Positions 28,001 through 44,500 of a DNA stretch of 64,000 bases are shown in pieces. This DNA comes from the human T2T-CHM13v2.0 reference genome, Homo sapiens: NCBI RefSeq assembly GCF_009914755.1, contig NC_060925.1. One strand, given 5' to 3'. The notes below the pieces were generated by a model, which was given only the letters and a program-made list of their open reading frames with translations, had not been told where the DNA came from and did no database searches. The position numbers were made by a program, and so were the translations under genes. How positions within the stretch are numbered: position 1 is the first letter of the stretch; each line of letters starts with the position of its first letter.

Positions 28001-31000
28001 AATGGAAATGAAAGGAGTCATCATCTAATGGAATTGCATGGAATCATCATAAAATGGAATCGAATGGAATCAACATCAAATGGAATCAAATGGAATCATT
28101 GAACGGAATTGAATGGAATCGTCATCGAATGAATTGACTGCAATCATCCAATGGTCTCGAATGGAATCATCTTCAAATGGAATGGAATGGAATCATCGCA
28201 TAGAATCGAATGGAATTATCATCGAATGGAATCGAATGGAATCAACATCAAACGGAAAAAAACGGAATTATCGAATGGAATCGAAGAGAATCATCGAATG
28301 GCCCCGAATGGAATCATCTAATGGAATGGAATTGAATAATCGATGGACTCGAATGCAATCATCATCGAATGGAATCGAATCGAATCATCGAATGGACTCG
28401 AATGGAATAATCATTGAATGGAATCGAATGGAATCATCATCGGATGGAAATGAATGGAATCATCATCGAATGGAATCGAATAGAATTATGGAATGAAATC
28501 CAGTGTGATCATCATCGAATGGACCCGAATGGAATCATCATCCAACGGAAGCTAATGGAATCAACATCGAATGAATCAAATGGAAACACCATCGAATTGA
28601 AACGAATGGAATTATCATGAAATTGAAATGGATGGACTCATCATCGAATGGATTCGAATGGAATCATCGAATAAAATTGATTGAAATCATCATCGAATGG
28701 AATCGAATGGTATCATTGAATGGAATCGAATGGAATCATCATCAGATGGAAATGAATGGAATCGTCATAGAATGGAATCGAATGGATTCATTGAATGGAA
28801 TCAGATGGAATCATCGAATGGACTGGAATGGAATCATTGAATGGACTCGAAAGGGATCATAATTGAATGGAATTGAATGGAATCATCGAATGGTCTCGAT
28901 TGGAATCATTATCAAATGGAATCGAATGGAATCACCGAATAGAATCGAATGGAACAATCATCGAATGGACTCAAATGGAATTATCCTCAAATGGAATCGA
29001 ATGGAATTATCAAATGCAATCGAATGGAATTATCGAATGCAATCGAATAGAATCATCGAATGGACTCGAATGGAATCATCGAATGGAATGGAATGGAACA
29101 GTCAATGAACTCGAATGGAATCATCATTGAATGGAATCGAATGGAATCATCGAGTGGAATCGAATGGAATTATGATCAAATGGAATCGAATGTTATCATC
29201 ATCAAATGGAATCAAAAATAACCATCATCAATTGGTATTGAATGGAATTGTCATCAAATGGAATTCAAAGGAATCATCATCAAATGGAACCGAATGGAAT
29301 CCTCATTGAATGGAAATGAAAGGGGTCATCATCTAATGGAATCGCATGGAATCATCATCAAATGGAATCGAATGGAATCATCATCAAATGGAATCTAATG
29401 GAATCATTGAACAGAATTGAATGGAATCGTCATCGAATGAATTGTATGCAATCATCGAATGGTCTCGAATGGAATCATCTTCTAATGGAAAGGAATGGAA
29501 TCATCGCATAGAATCGAATGGAATTATCATCGAATGGAATCGAATGGTATCAACACCAAACGGAAAAAAAACGGAATTATCGAATGGAATCGAAGAGAAT
29601 CTTCGAACGGACCCGAATGGAATCATCTAATGGAATGGAATGGAATAATCCATGAACTCGAATGCAATCATCATCGAATGGAATCGAATGGAATCATCGA
29701 ATGGACTCGAATGGAATAATCATTGAACGGAATCGAATGGAATCATCATCGGATGGAAACGAATGGAATCATCATCGAATGGAAATGAAAGGAGTCATCA
29801 TCTAATGGAATTGCATGGAATCATCATAAAATGGAATCGAATGGAATCAACATCAAATGGAATCAAATGGAATCATTGAACGGAATTGAATGGAATCGTC
29901 ATCGAATGAATTGACTGCAATCATCCAATGGTCTCGAATGGAATCATCTTCAAATGGAATGGAATGGAATCATCGCATAGAATCGAATGGAATTATCATC
30001 GAATGGAATCGAATGGAATCAACATCAAACGGAAAAAAACGGAATTATCGAATGGAATCGAAGAGAATCATCGAATGGACCCGAATGGAATCATCTAATG
30101 GAATGGAATGGAATAATCCATGGACTCGAATGCAATCATCATCGAATGGAATCGAATGGAATCATCGAATGGACTCGAATGGAATAATCATTGAACGGAA
30201 TCGAATGGAATCATCATCGGATGGATATGAATGGAATCATCATCGAATGGAATCGAATAGAATTATGGAATGAAATCCAGTGTGATCATCATCGAATGGA
30301 CCCGAATGGAATCATCATCCAACGGAAGCTAATGGAATCAACATCGAATGAATCAAATGGAAACACCATCGAATTGAAACGAATGGAATTATCATGAAAT
30401 TGAAATGGATGGACTCATCATCGAATGGATTCGAATGGAATCATCGAATAAAATTGATTGAAATCATCATCCAATGGAATCGAATGGTATCAGTGAATGG
30501 AATCGAATGGAATCATCATCACATGGAAATGAATGGAATCGTCATAGAATGGAATCGAATGGATTCATTGAATGGAATCAGATGGAATCATCGAATGGAC
30601 TGGAATGGAATCATTGAATGGACTCGAAAGGGATCATTATTGAATGGAATTGAATGGAATCATCGAATGGTCTCGATTGGAATCATTATCAAATGGAATC
30701 GAATGGAATCACCGAATAGAATCGAATGGAACAATCATCGAATGGACTCAAATGGAATTATCCTCCAATGGAATCGAATGGAATTATCGAATGCAATCGA
30801 ATGGAATTATCGAATGCAATCGAATAGAATCATCGAATGGACTCGAATGGAATCATCGAATGGAATGGAATGGAACAGTCAATGAACTCGAATGGAATCA
30901 TCATTGAATGGAATCGAATGGAATCATCGAGTGGAATCGAATGGAATTATGATCAAATGGAATCGAATGTAATCATCATCAAATGGAATCAAAAATAACC

Positions 31001-34000
31001 ATCATCAATTGGTATTGAATGGAATTGTCATCAAATGGAATTCAAAGGAATCATCATCAAATGGAACCGAATGGAATCCTCATTGAATGGAAATGAAAGG
31101 GGTCATCATCTAATGGAATCGCATGGAATCATCATCAAATGGAATCGAATGGAATCATCATCAAATGGAATCTAATGGAATCATTGAACAGAATTGAATG
31201 GAATCGTCATCGAATGAATTGAATGCAATCATCGAATGGTCTCGAATGGAATCATCTTCTAATGGAAAGGAATGGAATCATCGCATAGAATCGAATGGAA
31301 TTATCATCGAATGGAATCGAATGGTATCAACACCAAACGGAAAAAAACGGAATTATCGAATGGAATCGAAGAGAATCTTCGAACGGACCCGAATGGAATC
31401 ATCTAATGGAATGGAATGGAATAATCCATGGACTCGAATGCAATCATCATCGAATGGAATCGAATGGAATCATCGAATGGACTCGAATGGAATAATCATT
31501 GAACGGAATCGAATGGAATCATCATCGGATGGAAACGAATGGAATCATCATCGAATGGAAATGAAAGGAGTCATCATCTAATGGAATTGCATGGAATCAT
31601 CATAAAATGGAATCGAATGGAATCAACATCAAATGGAATCAAATGGAATCATTGAACGGAATTGAATGGAATCGTCATCGAATGAATTGAATGCAATCAT
31701 CGAATGGTCTCGAATGGAATCATCTTCAAATGGAATGGAATGGAATCATCGCATAGAATCGAATGGAATTATCATCGAATGGAATCGAATGGAATCAACA
31801 TCAAACGGAAAAAAACGGAATTATCGAATGGAATCGAAGAGAATCATCGAATGGACCCGAATGGAATCATCTAATGGAATGGAATGGAATAATCCATGGA
31901 CTCGAATGCAATCATCATCCAATGGAATCGAATGGAATCATCGAATGGACTCGAATGGAATAATCATTGAACGGAATCGAATGGAATCATCATCGGATGG
32001 AAATGAATGGAATCATCATCGAATGGAATCGAATAGAATTATGGAATGAAATCCAGTGTGATCATCATCGAATGGACCCGAATGGAATCATCATCCAACG
32101 GAAGCTAATGGAATCAACATCGAATGAATCGAATGGAAACACCATCGAATTGAAACGAATGGAATTATCATGAAATTGAAATGGATGGACTCATCATCGA
32201 ATGGATTCGAATGGAATCATCGAATAAAATTGATTGAAATCATCATCGAATGGAATCGAATGGTATCATTGAATGGAATCGAATGGAATCATCATCAGAT
32301 GGAAATGAATGGAATCGTCATAGAATGGAATCGAATGGATTCATTGAATGGAATCAGATGGAATCATCGAATGGACTGGAATGGAATCATTGAATGGACT
32401 CGAAAGGGATCATTATTGAATGGAATTGAATGGAATCATCGAATGGTCTCGATTGGAATCATTATCAAATGGAATCGAATGGAATCACCGAATAGAATCG
32501 AATGGAACAATCATCGAATGGACTCAAATGGAATTATCCTCCAATGGAATCGAATGGAATTATCGAATGCAATCGAATGGAATTATCGAATGCAATCGAA
32601 TAGAATCATCGAATGGACTCGAATGGAATCATCGAATGGAATGGAATGGAACAGTCAATGAACTCGAATGGAATCATCATTGAATGGAATCGAATGGAAT
32701 CATCGAGTGGAATCGAATGGAATTATGATCAAATGGAATCGAATGTTATCATCATCAAATGGAATCAAAAATAACCATCATCAATTGGTATTGAATGGAA
32801 TTGTCATCAAATGGAATTCAAAGGAATCATCATCAAATGGAACCGAATGGAATCCTCATTGAATGGAAATGAAAGGGGTCATCATCTAATGGAATCGCAT
32901 GGAATCATCATCAAATGGAATCGAATGGAATCATCATCAAATGGAATCTAATGGAATCATTGAACAGAATTGAATGGAATCGTCATCGAATGAATTGAAT
33001 GCAATCATCGAATGGTCTCGAATGGAATCATCTTCTAATGGAAAGGAATGGAATCATCGCATAGAATCGAATGGAATTATCATCGAATGGAATCGAATGG
33101 TATCAACACCAAACGGAAAAAAACGGAATTATCGAATGGAATCGAAGAGAATCTTCGAACGGACCCGAATGGAATCATCTAATGGAATGGAATGGAATAA
33201 TCCATGAACTCGAATGCAATCATCATCGAATGGAATCGAATGGAATCATCGAATGGACTCGAATGGAATAATCATTGAACGGAATCGAATGGAATCATCA
33301 TCGGATGGAAACGAATGGAATCATCATCGAATGGAAATGAAAGGAGTCATCATCTAATGGAATTGCATGGAATCATCATAAAATGGAATCGAATGGAATC
33401 AACATCAAATGGAATCAAATGGAATCATTGAACGGAATTGAATGGAATCGTCATCGAATGAATTGAATGCAATCATCGAATGGTCTCGAATGGAATCATC
33501 TTCAAATGGAATGGAATGGAATCATCGCATAGAATCGAATGGAATTATCATCGAATGGAATCGAATGGAATCAACATCAAACGGAAAAAAACGGAATTAT
33601 CGAATGGAATCGAAGAGAATCATCGAATGGACCCGAATGGAATCATCTAATGGAATGGAATGGAATAATCCATGGACTCGAATGCAATCATCATCCAATG
33701 GAATCGAATGGAATCATCGAATGGACTCGAATGGAATAATCATTGAATGGAATCGAATGGAATCATCATCGGATGGAAATGAATGGAATCATCATCGAAT
33801 GGAATCGAATAGAATTATGGAATGAAATCCAGTGTGATCATCATCGAATGGACCCGAATGGAATCATCATCCAACGGAAGCTAATGGAATCAACATCGAA
33901 TGAATCGAATGGAAACACCATCGAATTGAAACGAATGGAATTATCATGAAATTGAAATGGATGGACTCATCATCGAATGGATTCGAATGGAATCATCGAA

Positions 34001-34448
34001 TAAAATTGATTGAAATCATCATCCAATGGAATCGAATGGTATCATTGAATGGAATCGAATGGAATCATCATCAGATGGAAATGAATGGAATCGTCATAGA
34101 ATGGAATCGAATGGATTCATTGAATGGAATCAGATGGAATCATCGAATGGACTGGAATGGAATCATTGAATGGACTCGAAAGGGATCATTATTGAATGGA
34201 ATTGAATGGAATCATCGAATGGTCTCGATTGGAATCATTATCAAATGGAATCGAATGGAATCACCGAATAGAATCGAATGGAACAATCATCGAATGGACT
34301 CAAATGGAATTATCCTCCAATGGAATCGAATGGAATTATCGAATGCAATCGAATGGAATTATCGAATGCAATCGAATAGAATCATCGAATGGACTCGAAT
34401 GGAATCATCAAATGGAATGGAATGGAACAGTCAATGAACTCGAATGGA

Positions 34449-35564
34449 ATCATCATTGAATGGAATCGAATGGAATCATCGAGTGGAATCGAATGGAATT
34501 ATGATCAAATGGAATCGAATGTAATCATCATCAAATGGAATCAAAAATAACCATCATCAATTGGTATTGAATGGAATTGTCATCAAATGGAATTCAAAGG
34601 AATCATCATCAAATGGAACCGAATGGAATCCTCATTGAATGGAAATGAAAGGGGTCATCATCTAATGGAATCGCATGGAATCATCATCAAATGGAATCGA
34701 ATGGAATCATCATCAAATGGAATCTAATGGAATCATTGAACAGAATTGAATGGAATCGTCATCGAATGAATTGAATGCAATCATCGAATGGTCTCGAATG
34801 GAATCATCTTCTAATGGAAAGGAATGGAATCATCGCATAGAATCGAATGGAATTATCATCGAATGGAATCGAATGGTATCAACACCAAACGGAAAAAAAA
34901 CGGAATTATCGAATGGAATCGAAGAGAATCTTCGAACGGACCCGAATGGAATCATCTAATGGAATGGAATGGAATAATCCATGAACTCGAATGCAATCAT
35001 CATCGAATGGAATCGAATGGAATCATCGAATGGACTCGAATGGAATAATCATTGAACGGAATCGAATGGAATCATCATCGGATGGAAACGAATGGAATCA
35101 TCATCGAATGGAAATGAAAGGAGTCATCATCTAATGGAATTGCATGGAATCATCATAAAATGGAATCGAATGGAATCAACATCAAATGGAATCAAATGGA
35201 ATCATTGAACGGAATTGAATGGAATCGTCATCGAATGAATTGACTGCAATCATCCAATGGTCTCGAATGGAATCATCTTCAAATGGAATGGAATGGAATC
35301 ATCGCATAGAATCGAATGGAATTATCATCGAATGGAATCGAATGGAATCAACATCAAACGGAAAAAAACGGAATTATCGAATGGAATCGAAGAGAATCAT
35401 CGAATGGCCCCGAATGGAATCATCTAATGGAATGGAATTGAATAATCGATGGACTCGAATGCAATCATCATCGAATGGAATCGAATCGAATCATCGAATG
35501 GACTCGAATGGAATAATCATTGAATGGAATCGAATGGAATCATCATCGGATGGAAATGAATGGA
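34449..35564 (+). repeat. Single 1116-bp unit carrying a 661-bp deletion
   Basis: ORF starts 34750 and 35866 are 1116 bp apart. The unit has the A8 tract, so 1777 - 661 = 1116. The junction lies within 35574-35587. Confidence 0.9.
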
Positions 35565-38500
35565 ATCATCATCGAATGGAATCGAATGGAATCATCGAGT
35601 GGAATCGAATGGAATTATGATCAAATGGAATCGAATGTTATCATCATCAAATGGAATCAAAAATAACCATCATCAATTGGTATTGAATGGAATTGTCATC
35701 AAATGGAATTCAAAGGAATCATCATCAAATGGAACCGAATGGAATCCTCATTGAATGGAAATGAAAGGGGTCATCATCTAATGGAATCGCATGGAATCAT
35801 CATCAAATGGAATCGAATGGAATCATCATCAAATGGAATCTAATGGAATCATTGAACAGAATTGAATGGAATCGTCATCGAATGAATTGTATGCAATCAT
35901 CGAATGGTCTCGAATGGAATCATCTTCTAATGGAAAGGAATGGAATCATCGCATAGAATCGAATGGAATTATCATCGAATGGAATCGAATGGTATCAACA
36001 CCAAACGGAAAAAAAACGGAATTATCGAATGGAATCGAAGAGAATCTTCGAACGGACCCGAATGGAATCATCTAATGGAATGGAATGGAATAATCCATGA
36101 ACTCGAATGCAATCATCATCGAATGGAATCGAATGGAATCATCGAATGGACTCGAATGGAATAATCATTGAACGGAATCGAATGGAATCATCATCGGATG
36201 GAAACGAATGGAATCATCATCGAATGGAAATGAAAGGAGTCATCATCTAATGGAATTGCATGGAATCATCATAAAATGGAATCGAATGGAATCAACATCA
36301 AATGGAATCAAATGGAATCATTGAACGGAATTGAATGGAATCGTCATCGAATGAATTGACTGCAATCATCCAATGGTCTCGAATGGAATCATCTTCAAAT
36401 GGAATGGAATGGAATCATCGCATAGAATCGAATGGAATTATCATCGAATGGAATCGAATGGAATCAACATCAAACGGAAAAAAACGGAATTATCGAATGG
36501 AATCGAAGAGAATCATCGAATGGACCCGAATGGAATCATCTAATGGAATGGAATGGAATAATCCATGGACTCGAATGCAATCATCATCGAATGGAATCGA
36601 ATGGAATCATCGAATGGACTCGAATGGAATAATCATTGAACGGAATCGAATGGAATCATCATCGGATGGATATGAATGGAATCATCATCGAATGGAATCG
36701 AATAGAATTATGGAATGAAATCCAGTGTGATCATCATCGAATGGACCCGAATGGAATCATCATCCAACGGAAGCTAATGGAATCAACATCGAATGAATCA
36801 AATGGAAACACCATCGAATTGAAACGAATGGAATTATCATGAAATTGAAATGGATGGACTCATCATCGAATGGATTCGAATGGAATCATCGAATAAAATT
36901 GATTGAAATCATCATCCAATGGAATCGAATGGTATCAGTGAATGGAATCGAATGGAATCATCATCACATGGAAATGAATGGAATCGTCATAGAATGGAAT
37001 CGAATGGATTCATTGAATGGAATCAGATGGAATCATCGAATGGACTGGAATGGAATCATTGAATGGACTCGAAAGGGATCATTATTGAATGGAATTGAAT
37101 GGAATCATCGAATGGTCTCGATTGGAATCATTATCAAATGGAATCGAATGGAATCACCGAATAGAATCGAATGGAACAATCATCGAATGGACTCAAATGG
37201 AATTATCCTCCAATGGAATCGAATGGAATTATCGAATGCAATCGAATGGAATTATCGAATGCAATCGAATAGAATCATCGAATGGACTCGAATGGAATCA
37301 TCGAATGGAATGGAATGGAACAGTCAATGAACTCGAATGGAATCATCATTGAATGGAATCGAATGGAATCATCGAGTGGAATCGAATGGAATTATGATCA
37401 AATGGAATCGAATGTAATCATCATCAAATGGAATCAAAAATAACCATCATCAATTGGTATTGAATGGAATTGTCATCAAATGGAATTCAAAGGAATCATC
37501 ATCAAATGGAACCGAATGGAATCCTCATTGAATGGAAATGAAAGGGGTCATCATCTAATGGAATCGCATGGAATCATCATCAAATGGAATCGAATGGAAT
37601 CATCATCAAATGGAATCTAATGGAATCATTGAACAGAATTGAATGGAATCGTCATCGAATGAATTGAATGCAATCATCGAATGGTCTCGAATGGAATCAT
37701 CTTCTAATGGAAAGGAATGGAATCATCGCATAGAATCGAATGGAATTATCATCGAATGGAATCGAATGGTATCAACACCAAACGGAAAAAAACGGAATTA
37801 TCGAATGGAATCGAAGAGAATCTTCGAACGGACCCGAATGGAATCATCTAATGGAATGGAATGGAATAATCCATGGACTCGAATGCAATCATCATCGAAT
37901 GGAATCGAATGGAATCATCGAATGGACTCGAATGGAATAATCATTGAACGGAATCGAATGGAATCATCATCGGATGGAAACGAATGGAATCATCATCGAA
38001 TGGAAATGAAAGGAGTCATCATCTAATGGAATTGCATGGAATCATCATAAAATGGAATCGAATGGAATCAACATCAAATGGAATCAAATGGAATCATTGA
38101 ACGGAATTGAATGGAATCGTCATCGAATGAATTGAATGCAATCATCGAATGGTCTCGAATGAAATCATCTTCAAATGGAATGGAATGGAATCATCGCATA
38201 GAATCGAATGGAATTATCATCGAATGGAATCGAATGGAATCAACATCAAACGGAAAAAAACGGAATTATCGAATGGAATCGAAGAGAATCATCGAATGGA
38301 CCCGAATGGAATCATCTAATGGAATGGAATGGAATAATCCATGGACTCGAATGCAATCATCATCCAATGGAATCGAATGGAATCATCGAATGGACTCGAA
38401 TGGAATAATCATTGAACGGAATCGAATGGAATCATCATCGGATGGAAATGAATGGAATCATCATCGAATGGAATCGAATAGAATTATGGAATGAAATCCA

Positions 38501-41500
38501 GTGTGATCATCATCGAATGGACCCGAATGGAATCATCATCCAACGGAAGCTAATGGAATCAACATCGAATGAATCGAATGGAAACACCATCGAATTGAAA
38601 CGAATGGAATTATCATGAAATTGAAATGGATGGACTCATCATCGAATGGATTCGAATGGAATCATCGAATAAAATTGATTGAAATCATCATCCAATGGAA
38701 TCGAATGGTATCATTGAATGGAATCGAATGGAATCATCATCAGATGGAAATGAATGGAATCGTCATAGAATGGAATCGAATGGATTCATTGAATGGAATC
38801 AGATGGAATCATCGAATGGACTGGAATGGAATCATTGAATGGACTCGAAAGGGATCATTATTGAATGGAATTGAATGGAATCATCGAATGGTCTCGATTG
38901 GAATCATTATCAAATGGAATCGAATGGAATCACCGAATAGAATCGAATGGAACAATCATCGAATGGACTCAAATGGAATTATCCTCCAATGGAATCGAAT
39001 GGAATTATCGAATGCAATCGAATGGAATTATCGAATGCAATCGAATAGAATCATCGAATGGACTCGAATGGAATCATCAAATGGAATGGAATGGAACAGT
39101 CAATGAACTCGAATGGAATCATCATTGAATGGAATCGAATGGAATCATCGAGTGGAATCGAATGGAATTATGATCAAATGGAATCGAATGTAATCATCAT
39201 CAAATGGAATCAAAAATAACCATCATCAATTGGTATTGAAAGGAATTGTCATCAAATGGAATTCAAAGGAATCATCATCAAATGGAACCGAATGGAATCC
39301 TCATTGAATGGAAATGAAAGGGGTCATCATCTAATGGAATCGCATGGAATCATCATCAAATGGAATCGAATGGAATCATCATCAAATGGAATCTAATGGA
39401 ATCATTGAACAGAATTGAATGGAATCGTCATCGAATGAATTGAATGCAATCATCGAATGGTCTCGAATGGAATCATCTTCTAATGGAAAGGAATGGAATC
39501 ATCGCATAGAATCGAATGGAATTATCATCGAATGGAATCGAATGGTATCAACACCAAACGGAAAAAAACGGAATTATCGAATGGAATCGAAGAGAATCTT
39601 CGAACGGACCCGAATGGAATCATCTAATGGAATGGAATGGAATAATCCATGGACTCGAATGCAATCATCATCGAATGGAATCGAATGGAATCATCGAATG
39701 GACTCGAATGGAATAATCATTGAACGGAATCGAATGGAATCATCATCGGATGGAAACGAATGGAATCATCATCGAATGGAAATGAAAGGAGTCATCATCT
39801 AATGGAATTGCATGGAATCATCATAAAATGGAATCGAATGGAATCAACATCAAATGGAATCAAATGGAATCATTGAACGGAATTGAATGGAATCGTCATC
39901 GAATGAATTGAATGCAATCATCGAATGGTCTCGAATGGAATCATCTTCAAATGGAATGGAATGGAATCATCGCATAGAATCGAATGGAATTATCATCGAA
40001 TGGAATCGAATGGAATCAACATCAAACGGAAAAAAACGGAATTATCGAATGGAATCGAAGAGAATCATCGAATGGACCCGAATGGAATCATCTAATGGAA
40101 TGGAATGGAATAATCCATGGACTCGAATGCAATCATCATCCAATGGAATCGAATGGAATCATCGAATGGACTCGAATGGAATAATCATTGAACGGAATCG
40201 AATGGAATCATCATCGGATGGAAATGAATGGAATCATCATCGAATGGAATCGAATAGAATTATGGAATGAAATCCAGTGTGATCATCATCGAATGGACCC
40301 GAATGGAATCATCATCCAACGGAAGCTAATGGAATCAACATCGAATGAATCGAATGGAAACACCATCGAATTGAAACGAATGGAATTATCATGAAATTGA
40401 AATGGATGGACTCATCATCGAATGGATTCGAATGGAATCATCGAATAAAATTGATTGAAATCATCATCCAATGGAATCGAATGGTATCATTGAATGGAAT
40501 CGAATGGAATCATCATCAGATGGAAATGAATGGAATCGTCATAGAATGGAATTGAATGGATTCATTGAATGGAATCAGATGGAATCATCGAATGGACTGG
40601 AATGGAATCATTGAATGGACTCGAAAGGGATCATTATTGAATGGAATTGAATGGAATCATCGAATGGTCTCGATTGGAATCATTATCAAATGGAATCGAA
40701 TGGAATCACCGAATAGAATCGAATGGAACAATCATCGAATGGACTCAAATGGAATTATCCTCCAATGGAATCGAATGGAATTATCGAATGCAATCGAATG
40801 GAATTATCGAATGCAATCGAATAGAATCATCGAATGGACTCGAATGGAATCATCAAATGGAATGGAATGGAACAGTCAATGAACTCGAATGGAATCATCA
40901 TTGAATGGAATCGAATGGAATCATCGAGTGGAATCGAATGGAATTATGATCAAATGGAATCGAATGTAATCATCATCAAATGGAATCAAAAATAACCATC
41001 ATCAATTGGTATTGAAAGGAATTGTCATCAAATGGAATTCAAAGGAATCATCATCAAATGGAACCGAATGGAATCCTCATTGAATGGAAATGAAAGGGGT
41101 CATCATCTAATGGAATCGCATGGAATCATCATCAAATGGAATCGAATGGAATCATCATCAAATGGAATCTAATGGAATCATTGAACAGAATTGAATGGAA
41201 TCGTCATCGAATGAATTGAATGCAATCATCGAATGGTCTCGAATGGAATCATCTTCTAATGGAAAGGAATGGAATCATCGCATAGAATCGAATGGAATTA
41301 TCATCGAATGGAATCGAATGGTATCAACACCAAACGGAAAAAAACGGAATTATCGAATGGAATCGAAGAGAATCTTCGAACGGACCCGAATGGAATCATC
41401 TAATGGAATGGAATGGAATAATCCATGGACTCGAATGCAATCATCATCGAATGGAATCGAATGGAATCATCGAATGGACTCGAATGGAATAATCATTGAA

Positions 41501-44500
41501 CGGAATCGAATGGAATCATCATCGGATGGAAACGAATGGAATCATCATCGAATGGAAATGAAAGGAGTCATCACCTAATGGAATTGCATGGAATCATCAT
41601 AAAATGGAATCGAATGGAATCAACATCAAATGGAATCAAATGGAATCATTGAACGGAATTGAATGGAATCGTCATCGAATGAATTGAATGCAATCATCGA
41701 ATGGTCTCGAATGGAATCATCTTCAAATGGAATGGAATGGAATCATCGCATAGAATCGAATGGAATTATCATCGAATGGAATCGAATGGAATCAACATCA
41801 AACGGAAAAAAACGGAATTATCGAATGGAATCGAAGAGAATCATCGAATGGACCCGAATGGAATCATCTAATGGAATGGAATGGAATAATCCATGGACTC
41901 GAATGCAATCATCATCGAATGGAATCGAATGGAATCATCGAATGGACTCGAATGGAATAATCATTGAACGGAATCGAATGGAATCATCATCGGATGGAAA
42001 TGAATGGAATCATCATCGAATGGAATCGAATAGAATTATGGAATGAAATCCAGTGTGATCATCATCGAATGGACCCGAATGGAATCATCATCCAACGGAA
42101 GCTAATGGAATCAACATCGAATGAATCAAATGGAAACACCACCGAATTGAAACGAATGGAATTACCATGAAATTGAAATGGATGGACTCATCATCGAATG
42201 GATTCGAATGGAATCATCGAATAAAATTGATTGAAATCATCATCCAATGGAATCGAACGGTATCAGTGAATGGAATCGAATGGAATCATCATCACATGGA
42301 AATGAATGGAATCGTCATAGAATGGAATCGAATGGATTCATTGAATGGAATCAGATGGAATCATCGAATGGACTGGAATGGAATCATTGAATGGACTCGA
42401 AAGGGATCATTATTGAATGGAATTGAATGGAATCATCGAATGGTCTCGATTGGAATCATTATCAAATGGAATCGAATGGAATCACCGAATAGAATCGAAT
42501 GGAACAATCATCGAATGGACTCAAATGGAATTATCCTCCAATGGAATCGAATGGAATTATCAAATGCAATCGAATGGAATTATCGAATGCAATCGAATAG
42601 AATCATCGAATGGACTCGAATGGAATCATCAAATGGAATGGAATGGAACAGTCAATGAACTCGAATGGAATCATCATTGAATGGAATCGAATGGAATCAT
42701 CGAGTGGAATCGAATGGAATTATGATCAAATGGAATCGAATGTTATCATCATCAAATGGAATCAAAAATAAACATCATCAATTGGTATTGAATGGAATTG
42801 TCATCAAATGGAATTCAAAGGAATCATCATCAAATGGAACCGAATGGAATCCTCATTGAATGGAAATGAAAGGGGTCATCATCTAATGGAATCGCATGGA
42901 ATCATCATCAAATGGAATCGAATGGAATCATCATCAAATGGAATCTAATGGAATCATTGAACAGAATTGAATGGAATCGTCATCGAATGAATTGAATGCA
43001 ATCATCGAATGGTCTCGAATGGAATCATCTTCTAATGGAAAGGAATGGAATCATCGCATAGAATCGAATGGAATTATCATCGAATGGAATCGAATGGTAT
43101 CAACACCAAACGGAAAAAAAACGGAATTATCGAATGGAATCGAAGAGAATCTTCGAACGGACCCGAATGGAATCATCTAATGGAATGGAATGGAATAATC
43201 CATGAACTCGAATGCAATCATCATCGAATGGAATCGAATGGAATCATCGAATGGACTCGAATGGAATAATCATTGAACGGAATCGAATGGAATCATCATC
43301 GGATGGAAACGAATGGAATCATCATCGAATGGAAATGAAAGGAGTCATCATCTAATGGAATTGCATGGAATCATCATAAAATGGAATCGAATGGAATCAA
43401 CATCAAATGGAATCAAATGGAATCATTGAACGGAATTGAATGGAATCGTCATCGAATGAATTGACTGCAATCATCCAATGGTCTCGAATGGAATCATCTT
43501 CAAATGGAATGGAATGGAATCATCGCATAGAATCGAATGGAATTATCATCGAATGGAATCGAATGGAATCAACATCAAACGGAAAAAAACGGAATTATCG
43601 AATGGAATCGAAGAGAATCATCGAATGGACCCGAATGGAATCATCTAATGGAATGGAATGGAATAATCCATGGACTCGAATGCAATCATCATCGAATGGA
43701 ATCGAATGGAATCATCGAATGGACTCGAATGGAATAATCATTGAACGGAATCGAATGGAATCATCATCGGATGGATATGAATGGAATCATCATCGAATGG
43801 AATCGAATAGAATTATGGAATGAAATCCAGTGTGATCATCATCGAATGGACCCGAATGGAATCATCATCCAACGGAAGCTAATGGAATCAACATCGAATG
43901 AATCAAATGGAAACACCATCGAATTGAAACGAATGGAATTATCATGAAATTGAAATGGATGGACTCATCATCGAATGGATTCGAATGGAATCATCGAATA
44001 AAATTGATTGAAATCATCATCCAATGGAATCGAATGGTATCAGTGAATGGAATCGAATGGAATCATCATCACATGGAAATGAATGGAATCGTCATAGAAT
44101 GGAATCGAATGGATTCATTGAATGGAATCAGATGGAATCATCGAATGGACTGGAATGGAATCATTGAATGGACTCGAAAGGGATCATTATTGAATGGAAT
44201 TGAATGGAATCATCGAATGGTCTCGATTGGAATCATTATCAAATGGAATCGAATGGAATCACCGAATAGAATCGAATGGAACAATCATCGAATGGACTCA
44301 AATGGAATTATCCTCCAATGGAATCGAATGGAATTATCGAATGCAATCGAATGGAATTATCGAATGCAATCGAATAGAATCATCGAATGGACTCGAATGG
44401 AATCATCGAATGGAATGGAATGGAACAGTCAATGAACTCGAATGGAATCATCATTGAATGGAATCGAATGGAATCATCGAGTGGAATCGAATGGAATTAT

